DNA from: an uncultured Victivallaceae bacterium
GTDB lineage: Bacteria > Verrucomicrobiota > Lentisphaeria > Victivallales > Victivallaceae
Assembly: GCA_964512385.1 (NCBI GenBank)
Contig: CAZEHZ010000001.1
Span: 60,963 to 124,962 of the forward strand
Length of the DNA stretch: 64,000 bases
Direction: 5' to 3'
The first letter of the stretch is position 1; the number at the start of each line of letters is the position of its first letter. Shown here one piece after another: positions 1-8,246 of the stretch. The notes under the pieces were generated by a model that did not search any database, had not been told where the DNA came from, and worked only from the letters and a program-made list of their open reading frames with translations. Position numbers and translations under genes: made by a program.

Positions 1-355
1 CATGAATCATCAGCACCAGCACGGCGGTAAACACGATACCCAAAACAAAATTGGCGATAATCCCGGCCAAGTCCACTAATATGCGTTGATATTTATGTGT
101 AATTCTGCTGTTATTCACCGGCACTCGCCCCCAGCCGATGCCGAACATAAGCAGCATAATCAAGCTGTACACGCCCATAACCTTAAGTGGATTTAAGGTT
201 AAATATCCGTTCTCGGCCGCCGTGGAGTCGCCACAAAGTTTAGCCGTCCAAGCGTGGCAAAACTCGTGCAGGCAAATTGAGAATACCATCAGCACCAAAA
301 CAATCAAAAAAAGTATTGGTTCTTCAAACAGTCGAAAAACAAATAATTCCTGCAT
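1..355 (-). CDS. Site-2 protease (peptidase M50) family membrane metalloprotease, 3'-truncated by window edge
   Basis: Minus-strand ORF from ATG at 355 runs off the window start, so it is absent from the ORF track. Hand translation is MQELFVFRLFEEPILFLIVLVLMVFSICLHEFCHAWTAKLCGDS... It has an HExxH motif (HEFCH) next to a TM helix, as in M50 proteases. Confidence 0.6.
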   Translation of the reverse strand, partial: MQELFVFRLFEEPILFLIVLVLMVFSICLHEFCHAWTAKLCGDSTAAENGYLTLNPLKVMGVYSLIMLLMFGIGWGRVPVNNSRITHKYQRILVDLAGIIANFVLGIVFTAVLVLMIH

Positions 356-480
356 ATATTACAACCTCATTTCTCACTTTTTAATCTTGATTTATAGTAT
401 AGCACGCAAAAAAACAGTTTTCAACTATTTTTTGTAATTAATCTCACTTTTTTGCATTTTTTAAAGTCCGGCATAAACAT

Positions 481-507
481 AAAAAAAGCCACGGCAAAAA
501 CCGTGGC
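481..507 (-). terminator. Rho-independent terminator downstream of the SulP gene
   Basis: Minus-strand GCCACGG-TTTTTG-CCGTGGC hairpin followed by T7, about 25 nt after the stop at 532. Confidence 0.6.
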
Positions 508-531
508 AAATAAAGTATATGCTTTACCGCT

Positions 532-2190
532 TTATATAGCTAATAATTCCTTGGCTCTGGCCAAAGCTTTATCGATATCGGCGGTAATATTGGCTTCGCC
601 GATTTTGGCGGCCAGGCCGTAAGTTTCCAGCCGTTTATGTACGCCAGGGTGAACGCCGGACAATACCAGAATCTTACCGTGTTTCCGGCATCTTTCCGCA
701 AACCCGTCCAACACATTAAGCCCGGTAACGTCAATCACCGGCACTTGTCGCATACGCAGAATAAACACCTTGTGTTCGGACTCAAAAACATTAAACACGG
801 CATCTTTAAACTCCTCTACAGCGCCGAAGAAGAACGGCCCCTGCACCTCAAAAACCTCCACCTTGGCGGGTACATCCCGATGGCTGATGCTCATGGGGTC
901 GTCAATAAACTTTTCATCTCCGGTCAACTCATGAGTAATTGCGCTTACATTGCTGATTTCGCTCATACGGCGAATGAACAGCAGTGCGGCCAACACCACG
1001 CCGAGTTCCACCGCCACCACCAAATCCACCAGCACGGTAACAAAAAAGGTAATCGCCATCACAAACGTATCGCTTCTGGGGCCTTTCACAATGCGTAAAA
1101 TCGTCGAAATTTCGCTCATATTGTAGCAAACCACCGCCATAATCCCGGCTAAAGCGGCCAGTGGAATCATAGCGGCATACGGAGCGCACAGCATCATAAT
1201 CAGCATTAATGTGAAACAGTGAACAATCCCCGCCACCGGAGTCTGAGCACCGGCCTTAATATTGGTTGCGGTACGGGCAATGGCGCCGGTCGCCGGAATC
1301 CCGCCGAAGAAAGCGGTAACAAAGTTGGCAATGCCCTGAGCGGTAAGTTCGGTATTGGGGCGATGCCGGTCGCCGGTCATCCCGTCGGCCACGGTAGCGC
1401 TTAACAGTGACTCCATCCCGGCCAGTAATGCGATTGTCAGTGCGGGCATCAGGAGTTCAGAAATATGGGAAAAATCGAGTCCCGGTAAACTTGGCAGCGG
1501 CAACGTGCGCGGCAACGGCGGAAAACTGCTGCCGATGGTGGCGATATCGAGTTTAAAAATCTGGCAGACGGCCGTAGCTCCAATCATGGCGATCAACATG
1601 TTAGGAAGTTTGGGGCAGAATTTTTTCATAGTAAAGATTGCCGCCACAGTACCGATGGACACCGCCGTAACCGGCCAATTTATAGATGGAAACGCATTGA
1701 ACAAAGCACCGCATTTAGGAATAAAATCCGCAGGCATCTCCGCCACATTTAAACCGAACAAGTCCTTAATCTGAGTGGAAAAAATCACCACGGCAATCCC
1801 GGATGTAAACCCGGTAACAACGGGGAATGGAATAAACCTGATTAGCGCCCCCATTTTAAACACGCCGAACAACACCAGCATAATCCCGGCCATCAACATG
1901 CATTGTAACAGTCCGCCATCGCCGAATTTGGTATAAATTCCGGCAATAATCACAATAAAAGCGCCGGTAGGCCCGCCGACCTGCACCTTACTGCCGCCGA
2001 AAAACGAGATACAAAACCCGGCCACCACTGCGGTAATCAGCCCTCTTGCCGGCGGCAATCCGCAAGCGATGGCAAACGCCATAGCCAAAGGCAACGCCAC
2101 TACACCCACCGTCAAGCCGGCAAATAGATCCCGTTGAAAAGTTTTTGCGTTATACTTTTTCAGTTCTGAAAACAACACCGGCCTGAACAT
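532..2190 (-). CDS. SulP-family anion (sulfate/bicarbonate) permease with C-terminal STAS domain
   Basis: 552 aa. Polytopic membrane N-terminal region (FAGLTVGVVALPLAMAFAIACGLPP, GIPATGAIARTATNI). C-terminal STAS-like region (VFEVQGPFFFGAVEEF...ILRMRQVPVIDVTGLNVL). Confidence 0.9.
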   Translation of the reverse strand: MFRPVLFSELKKYNAKTFQRDLFAGLTVGVVALPLAMAFAIACGLPPARGLITAVVAGFCISFFGGSKVQVGGPTGAFIVIIAGIYTKFGDGGLLQCMLMAGIMLVLFGVFKMGALIRFIPFPVVTGFTSGIAVVIFSTQIKDLFGLNVAEMPADFIPKCGALFNAFPSINWPVTAVSIGTVAAIFTMKKFCPKLPNMLIAMIGATAVCQIFKLDIATIGSSFPPLPRTLPLPSLPGLDFSHISELLMPALTIALLAGMESLLSATVADGMTGDRHRPNTELTAQGIANFVTAFFGGIPATGAIARTATNIKAGAQTPVAGIVHCFTLMLIMMLCAPYAAMIPLAALAGIMAVVCYNMSEISTILRIVKGPRSDTFVMAITFFVTVLVDLVVAVELGVVLAALLFIRRMSEISNVSAITHELTGDEKFIDDPMSISHRDVPAKVEVFEVQGPFFFGAVEEFKDAVFNVFESEHKVFILRMRQVPVIDVTGLNVLDGFAERCRKHGKILVLSGVHPGVHKRLETYGLAAKIGEANITADIDKALARAKELLAI

Positions 2191-2280
2191 TTTACCGCCT
2201 CACCTTCCACTATATCATTAGTATTTAAAAAAAAGATTAATTAATATAGTGTAGAATAAAAAAATTTCAAGTCTTGGCAC

Positions 2281-2311
2281 AAAAAAAGACCGTTGATTTT
2301 CACCAACGGTC
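2281..2311 (-). terminator. Rho-independent terminator downstream of the META-domain lipoprotein gene
   Basis: Minus-strand GACCGTTG-loop-CAACGGTC hairpin followed by T7, 17 nt after the stop at 2329. Confidence 0.6.
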
Positions 2312-2328
2312 TTTGAAATATGTAGTAA

Positions 2329-2790
2329 TCAATCAACGTTTTCGGCATCAAAAACAGCTACCGGCATGCCGTTTTTCATTAACGTAAGCTCATCATTTAC
2401 AATTTTAAAGCCGTCCACATCGGCAATAGTCTGTAAATAAAGAGTTTCGTAATCCATCCCCGGCCCGGCCATCATGGTGGTAGCCATTGGAGCAAACTTG
2501 ATTGTTCCGGCGGACTCATCTACCGTAACCGTATTTTCGCCGGAAAAATAGCGATTCACGCCGCCGTTGCCGGACACCGAGCCATCTTCGGCAATGACCA
2601 GAGTAATATCCTTTTCGGGTTTATTCCAATTTTTATCAACGCCGGGCAAGGACTCCATTTCGAGTTCCCATTCCGTACCGTAAAGCGACGGCGCCGCCTC
2701 GCGTTTGGCCTCTGTTTTGGAATCATCGCAACCGACCAGGCAACAAGCCCCCAACGCCAAAACCATAAATTTTCCCATTAAACTACTCAT
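2329..2790 (-). CDS. META/HslJ-like domain lipoprotein
   Basis: 153 aa. Signal peptide with lipobox (LVGC). META-like core (YGTEWELE..., GNGGVNRYFSG..., FAPMATTMMAG...). Strong SD AAGGAGG upstream. Confidence 0.7.
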   Translation of the reverse strand: MSSLMGKFMVLALGACCLVGCDDSKTEAKREAAPSLYGTEWELEMESLPGVDKNWNKPEKDITLVIAEDGSVSGNGGVNRYFSGENTVTVDESAGTIKFAPMATTMMAGPGMDYETLYLQTIADVDGFKIVNDELTLMKNGMPVAVFDAENVD

Positions 2791-2896
2791 ATTACTCCTC
2801 CTTAATTGCAGGGTTTACCATTATAGACAAGGCCTAATTGGAAAAGTTGCGGCGCCCTCAAAATATTTTCTTTTCCGCTACGTTCCTCCGGATCGG

Positions 2897-5332
2897 TTAA
2901 AAGCCGAACTCCGGCTGAACAATGCCGAAATCGTTGTCGGAACGGTCATCATTACCGACTTGTTTTTTAGGTGTATCGGTTTTATCGGTAAATTTTTTCG
3001 TCCGTTTTCTTTTATTTTTCGGGAGTTGCTCCGCCTCATCAGGAGCCACCACAATCAAATCGTCGCCCTCCGGCTGAACTTCAACTTCCGGCTGAACTTC
3101 AACTTCCGGCTGAACTTCAACTTCCGGATGAACTTCAACTTCCGGATGAACTTCAACTTCCGGCTCAGCTTCAACTTCCGGCTGAGCTTCAACTTCCGGC
3201 GAAACCTCAGTAATCTCTTCCGCATTTTCCCCGGCCGGACTTTCGTCAAACTCCACCTCATCGGCGGCATCGGGCTGCATTGCGGCAATCTCCTCTTCCC
3301 CCAGATATCTGGAGAAGGTGATTTTAGAAATTTTTCCGCCAATCATAATGCCCCGTGCCTTGGCGGAGCGACTGGGCAATTCCAGTAAATTCAGTTCCAT
3401 ATCCGCTGTTTTCCGGCCTTCAAACTTCACAATATAGACGGCGTCGGTACGTGGAGTAAACAGCTCCAGTCGGGTATTTTCGGGGCAAATCATATACTCG
3501 CGATCGGTAATAAACTTATTGATCCGGCTGCGTTTGCCGTAAAACTTCCCGGTTTTGTTGTCGCGGTAAATCACGCCGAACTCCACGCCGGAATCATGTT
3601 TACGAAACTCATACAGCCGATCCACAAACAATTTTTCCGGCCGGTTAATAATCTTGTATCCGCCGTTGCGCTCCACACACAACAGCTGGTCAAATTCGTT
3701 CACCATTACCGAGTCATCACTTTTAATCGCGGTTCCCACATAACAGTTTTTCCGATCCCACCCCACTTTGATATTGGATAAAGCGGCGGCCTTGCGGTCA
3801 ATTTTCTGTAAAGTTTCAATTTCGGTACGCCTGGGGAACAACTTGCCGTATTTATCCAGCAGATTCTGTAAATACGCCAAAGCATATTCCACAAGGTACT
3901 TCAAATTATGCTTAAGTTCCGCAATTTTGCGGTCAATTTCCTGTAATTCGCGCTGGTTTTTCTCGATATCAAACCGGCTGATGCGGCGCACCGGCAAGGC
4001 CAAAAGTTTGTCCACATCCTCATCGGTAACATCCCGCCGCAGCATGTGGCGGAACGGCGCCAAACCGGAATGGACTTCATGGTATTCCGCCTCTTCAGAT
4101 GTAACTTCTTCAATGCGTTTGTAGATACGATTTTCAAAAAAGATTTGCGCCAGCGTTTTGGCGTGGAATAATTCATGCTGTTTATTAAGCTGAATTTCCA
4201 GTTCCTGCTGTAAATAGGCCAGCAACTTGCCGGTATTGCGTTTAATCACCTCGGTAACGCTCATCACGGCGGGGCGGTTCTCTTTAATTACGGTAAGATT
4301 AGGAGAAATCGCCACAGCGCAGTCGGTGTACATGTATAGAGCATTCAACGCCTTTTCCGGGTCATACCCCCGCATGGGCGAGACCTTGATTTCCACCTGC
4401 TGAGCGGTATAATCGCTGATGGCGGCAATTTTAATTTTGCCTTTTTCGGCGGCTTTTTCGATAGAGGCGATTAAACTTTCGGTGGTGGTGGTGGCGGGAA
4501 TTTCCCGAATAATCAGTTCCCGGCCCACAATCTCAATCTTAGCTCTCAACAAAATTTTGCCATTGCCGTCATTATATTCCGACACATCCATTAACCCGCC
4601 CTGTAAAAAATCGGGGTACAGTTGAAACTCTTCGCCCTTTAACTCGGCCATCTGCGCCTGAAGCAGTTCGCCGAAGTTATGCGGCATAATTTTGGTAGCC
4701 ATTCCCACGGCAATCCCGTCCGCCCCCAGCATGAGCAACGCCGGAATTTTCACCGGCAATACCACCGGCTCCATGTGGCGGCCGTCATAAGTATCCACCA
4801 TCGGGGTAATATCATCATTAAACAGCACATCGCGGGCCAGCTGACTCAAACCGCATTCGATATAACGGGACGCCGCCGCACTGCTGCCGGTAATAATGTT
4901 ACCAAAGTTCCCCTGTTTTTCAATAAAATACTCTTTATTGGCCAATACCACCATAGCGTCTTTAATGGAGGCGTCGCCATGGGGGTGATATTTCCCCATT
5001 ACTTCGCCCACCACAAAAGCGCCTTTATGAGTACGCCCGTCGTCAATCTTATGCATGGCCCATAAAATGCGCCGCTGCACGGGTTTCAAACCGTCGTCCA
5101 CATCCGGAATCGCCCGGTCCCGCACTACATAAGACGCATACTCTAAATAGTTACGATCCATCATATTGCGGAAATATTCATTAGTCCCCGCCACCTTTAC
5201 GGCATCATGTTCGCCGCTATCGGTTTCGTGCTCCGGTTCAAACGCCGCATCGAATCCGGCGGCGGCGTTTACGTCGGCGGGCTCTTCCGGCAATGCGTCA
5301 TGCTGATTTAATTTTTCCGGTTCGTCAGTCAT
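2897..5332 (-). CDS. parC: Type IIA DNA topoisomerase subunit A (topoisomerase IV ParC-like) with acidic repeat and basic tail at the C-terminus
   Basis: 811 aa. Motifs RAIPDVDDGLKPVQRRILWAM, GKYHPHGDASI and the catalytic Tyr region AAASRYIECGL. Overlaps the subunit B gene by 8 nt. Assignment to topo IV rather than gyrase is inferred from the short B subunit (about 606-621 aa). Confidence 0.85.
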   Translation of the reverse strand: MTDEPEKLNQHDALPEEPADVNAAAGFDAAFEPEHETDSGEHDAVKVAGTNEYFRNMMDRNYLEYASYVVRDRAIPDVDDGLKPVQRRILWAMHKIDDGRTHKGAFVVGEVMGKYHPHGDASIKDAMVVLANKEYFIEKQGNFGNIITGSSAAASRYIECGLSQLARDVLFNDDITPMVDTYDGRHMEPVVLPVKIPALLMLGADGIAVGMATKIMPHNFGELLQAQMAELKGEEFQLYPDFLQGGLMDVSEYNDGNGKILLRAKIEIVGRELIIREIPATTTTESLIASIEKAAEKGKIKIAAISDYTAQQVEIKVSPMRGYDPEKALNALYMYTDCAVAISPNLTVIKENRPAVMSVTEVIKRNTGKLLAYLQQELEIQLNKQHELFHAKTLAQIFFENRIYKRIEEVTSEEAEYHEVHSGLAPFRHMLRRDVTDEDVDKLLALPVRRISRFDIEKNQRELQEIDRKIAELKHNLKYLVEYALAYLQNLLDKYGKLFPRRTEIETLQKIDRKAAALSNIKVGWDRKNCYVGTAIKSDDSVMVNEFDQLLCVERNGGYKIINRPEKLFVDRLYEFRKHDSGVEFGVIYRDNKTGKFYGKRSRINKFITDREYMICPENTRLELFTPRTDAVYIVKFEGRKTADMELNLLELPSRSAKARGIMIGGKISKITFSRYLGEEEIAAMQPDAADEVEFDESPAGENAEEITEVSPEVEAQPEVEAEPEVEVHPEVEVHPEVEVQPEVEVQPEVEVQPEGDDLIVVAPDEAEQLPKNKRKRTKKFTDKTDTPKKQVGNDDRSDNDFGIVQPEFGF
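3069..3200. repeat. In-frame 18-nt tandem repeat, about 7.3 copies, encoding (PEVEVx)n in the ParC C-terminal region
   Basis: Plus-strand unit tccggctgaacttcaact is repeated head-to-tail with 1-3 nt variants (gat, ctcagc, ctgagc). It translates on the minus strand to PEVEAQPEVEAEPEVEVHPEVEVHPEVEVQPEVEVQPEVEVQ. Confidence 0.95.
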
Positions 5333-7145
5333 ATATGCTCACTTCCAGATTACTCATAATATATTCCCGTCGGCTTGGGGTATTGGTACCCATGTAAAAA
5401 TTTAAAATTTCCGGAATATTCCGTAAATTGTCCAAAGTAACGGGTAAAAGTTTCATCTCTTCGCCGATAAATTCGCCAAAGTCGTCGGGAGAAATTTCGC
5501 CCAAGCCCTTAAAGCGGGTAATTTCGGCATTTTTGCCTAACTTGGCAACGGCGGCATCCCGTTCGGCTTCGCTGTAACAAAAAATCGGCTTGCCTTTTTT
5601 CTGGCGCACCCGGAACAGCGGAGTTTCCAGCACAAACAGATGCTCGGCCAAAACCAGACGGTCAAAATACATTAAGAAATAGGTCATCAATAAATTGCGG
5701 ATATGCATACCGTCCACATCGGCGTCGGTGGCAATAATAACCTTGTCATAGCGTAAATTATCGATATCGGTTTCAATATCCAAGGCCTGCATAATAAACA
5801 GCAGTTCATCATTGGCGTAAATTTTGTCCCGTTTCTCGCCGAACATGTTCATCGGCTTGCCTTTTAACGCAAAAATCGCCTGCGTATTAACGTTCCGGCA
5901 CTTCTCCAAACTGCCGGCCGCCGAGTCGCCTTCGGTTAAAAAAATCATAGTGGGGGGAATGGTTTCGCCCCGTTTGGGTTTATCCCCCCGGTGCATTTTG
6001 CAGTCTTTAAGTTTAGGAATCCGCAGTGAGGTCTTTTTCACGGCCTCACGGGATTTTTTCTTAGCGTCCAGAATCTGCCGGTGCAGTTGTTCATTGCGGC
6101 ACACCTTGTCCATTAAGACATCGGCAATTTCCTTATTTTTGTGTAAAAAATCCTCTACGGCATTTTTCACAGCCTCCACAATCGGCCACTTGACATCGGT
6201 ATTGCCCAGTTTATTTTTGGTTTGCGACTCAAACACGGGGTCTTTCAATTTTATGGCCACGGCGCCCGCCATGCCGTCACGCACATCGTCGGCCTTAAAC
6301 GACTTGCCGGAATATGCGTTAATCGCCTTCAGCACGCCCTCTTTAAAGGCCGACAAATGCGTACCGCCGTCATTGGTATACTGGCCGTTGACAAACGAGA
6401 AACAGCTTTCGCCATAATTATTGCTATGTGCCAAGGCAAACTCAATCGTTTTGGTTTTAAAGGCAATCACGTCATAAATCAAATCGTCGCCGCACTCGGC
6501 AAGCAACAAATCTTTAAGCCCCTGCTGGGAATAAAATCTCTGGCCGTTAAAATAGATGGACAATCCGCTGTTCAAATAGCAGTACATCCACATCCGGCGT
6601 TCAATATATTCAGTTTTAAAACGGTATCCGGTAAACAGTTTGGCATCCGGTACAAACGTCACCATTGTGCCGTTTTTCTCGTTGCATTCGCCGGACTCGT
6701 CCCGCACTAAAACGCCGCGGCAGAATTCGGCTTCCCGGAACTTGCCGTCCCGCACGGCTCTGGCCACAAATTTTTCCGCCAGAGCGTTCACCGCCTTGGT
6801 TCCCACGCCGTTCAGTCCTACGGAGAACTGGAACACGTCATCATTATACTTCCCGCCGGTGTTCATAATGGACACGCAGTCCACCAGTTTTCCCAGTGGA
6901 ATTCCGCGGCCATAGTCCCGCACCGTCATGGTATCGCCCTCCAGCCGCACGTCGATGCGTTTTCCGGCGCCCATAATAAATTCGTCGATACTGTTATCGA
7001 TAATTTCCTTCAATAAAATATAAATCCCGTCATTCGGGTTGGAGCCGTCGCCCATGCGTCCGATATACATACCGGGGCGCAGGCGAATATGTTCCAACGA
7101 ACTCAGAGTCTGAATTTTATCATCACTGTAAACTGCATCTGCCAT
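5325..7145 (-). CDS. parE: Type IIA DNA topoisomerase subunit B (topoisomerase IV ParE-like)
   Basis: Motifs LEHIRLRPGMYIG, GLNGVG, TEGDSAAGS, ALKGKPMN and ATDADVDGMHI. The start is moved from the GTG at 7190 to the ATG at 7145 (MADAVYSDDK...), which has an upstream AGGAA/GGAAA SD. Confidence 0.85.
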   Translation of the reverse strand: MADAVYSDDKIQTLSSLEHIRLRPGMYIGRMGDGSNPNDGIYILLKEIIDNSIDEFIMGAGKRIDVRLEGDTMTVRDYGRGIPLGKLVDCVSIMNTGGKYNDDVFQFSVGLNGVGTKAVNALAEKFVARAVRDGKFREAEFCRGVLVRDESGECNEKNGTMVTFVPDAKLFTGYRFKTEYIERRMWMYCYLNSGLSIYFNGQRFYSQQGLKDLLLAECGDDLIYDVIAFKTKTIEFALAHSNNYGESCFSFVNGQYTNDGGTHLSAFKEGVLKAINAYSGKSFKADDVRDGMAGAVAIKLKDPVFESQTKNKLGNTDVKWPIVEAVKNAVEDFLHKNKEIADVLMDKVCRNEQLHRQILDAKKKSREAVKKTSLRIPKLKDCKMHRGDKPKRGETIPPTMIFLTEGDSAAGSLEKCRNVNTQAIFALKGKPMNMFGEKRDKIYANDELLFIMQALDIETDIDNLRYDKVIIATDADVDGMHIRNLLMTYFLMYFDRLVLAEHLFVLETPLFRVRQKKGKPIFCYSEAERDAAVAKLGKNAEITRFKGLGEISPDDFGEFIGEEMKLLPVTLDNLRNIPEILNFYMGTNTPSRREYIMSNLEVSIYD

Positions 7146-7301
7146 TATGTTTCCTGTTCCTGCTAAAAAAAACCTCTTTAAAGATAACACGTTAATGATA
7201 AAAATTCAAGTTCTGAAAATAAATAAAAATTTATTTGCGATAATCATTTGACTTTTCAGTAAGTGGAACTTATGTTAGAACAATATCAAAATTTGGGAGG
7301 C

Positions 7302-8228
7302 ATGATGAACGAAGTAATAAGTTTCAACTTCTGTAATTGTCTGGCGGAAGGCAATATTGTATGCCAGACAACGGCACAGACCCGTAATGAAATCATTGAT
7401 AAACTGGCCGAACGCCTGGCCTTCACCACTCCCGGAGTGGAAAAGGAGGATATTCTCTCTTCGGTGCGTGAGCGTGAACAGCTGATGCCTACGGTGATCG
7501 CCCCCGGTTTAGCCATTCCCCACGCCCGCATGGCGAATGTGGACAAGCTGCTGATTGCGCTGGCCACGAGTCCCAACGGTATCGACTTCGGCACGCCGGA
7601 GATGGGGCCGGTGCATGTAATCGTCCTGATTCTGACTCCGGCCGACGACCCCGGACTGCACTTGCAGCTGCTGAGCAGTATCGCCAAGATGTTTGCCCCG
7701 GCCGACGCCATAGAAAAAGTGGCCAATTTGGAGAGTCCGGGAGCAATAATGAGTTTCTTTGCCGACAGCAGCATGAAAATCCCGGCCTATCTGCGGGTAA
7801 AAGACCTGATGAATCATAATCCGATTGTCCTGCAGGAAGCGGACACCTTAAATACCGCCATCACCACGTTAGCCACTACAGAACAATCCGAAATCCCGGT
7901 ATTGGATGAAGACGGCGACCTGCGCGGCATAGTTGCGGCCTATGACGTCCTGCACTTCAGTTTGCCGGAACATATTTTATGGATGAATGACTTAACGCCG
8001 ATTCTGCGCTTTCAGCCGTTCGCCGAAATGCTGAAAAACTCCAAAGACACCAAACTGGCGGACTTCATGCGTGAAAAGGTGGAAATGATCGAGGAAGATG
8101 TTCCGGCGATTCAGTTGATAAAACAGTTTATTGTTACGCAGGTAAAGCAGGTAATTGTTACCAAAAACGGTAAATTTTCCGGTATTGTCGAGGTAAAAAA
8201 CATAGTGCGCGACCTATTCTGGGCGTAA
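7302..8228 (+). CDS. PTS EIIA (fructose/nitrogen, PtsN-like) domain fused to a CBS-domain pair
   Basis: EIIA type-2 signature around the phospho-His (GLAIPHARM...LIALATSPNGIDF...VHVIVLILTP). The C-terminal half has tandem CBS-like repeats (VKDLMNHNPIVL..., EIPVLDEDGDLRGIV..., VIVTKNGKFSGIV). The start is uncertain among 7263, 7272, 7302 and 7305; a GGGAGG SD lies just before 7302/7305. Confidence 0.7.
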   Translation: MMNEVISFNFCNCLAEGNIVCQTTAQTRNEIIDKLAERLAFTTPGVEKEDILSSVREREQLMPTVIAPGLAIPHARMANVDKLLIALATSPNGIDFGTPEMGPVHVIVLILTPADDPGLHLQLLSSIAKMFAPADAIEKVANLESPGAIMSFFADSSMKIPAYLRVKDLMNHNPIVLQEADTLNTAITTLATTEQSEIPVLDEDGDLRGIVAAYDVLHFSLPEHILWMNDLTPILRFQPFAEMLKNSKDTKLADFMREKVEMIEEDVPAIQLIKQFIVTQVKQVIVTKNGKFSGIVEVKNIVRDLFWA

Positions 8229-8246
8229 AAATTTTGGAGGATAAAA

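Noticed and set aside
138-437. 99-aa plus-strand ORF at the window start
   Set aside because: It is antisense to the M50 protease-like gene, which has a clear HExxH motif and TM helices. The plus-strand product has no motif and runs into AT-rich intergenic sequence.
2705-3388. 227-aa plus-strand ORF containing (RLNFNF)n repeats
   Set aside because: It is the antisense reading of the ParC PEVEV tandem repeat and spans the META/ParC intergenic region. The repeat periodicity alone keeps the frame open.
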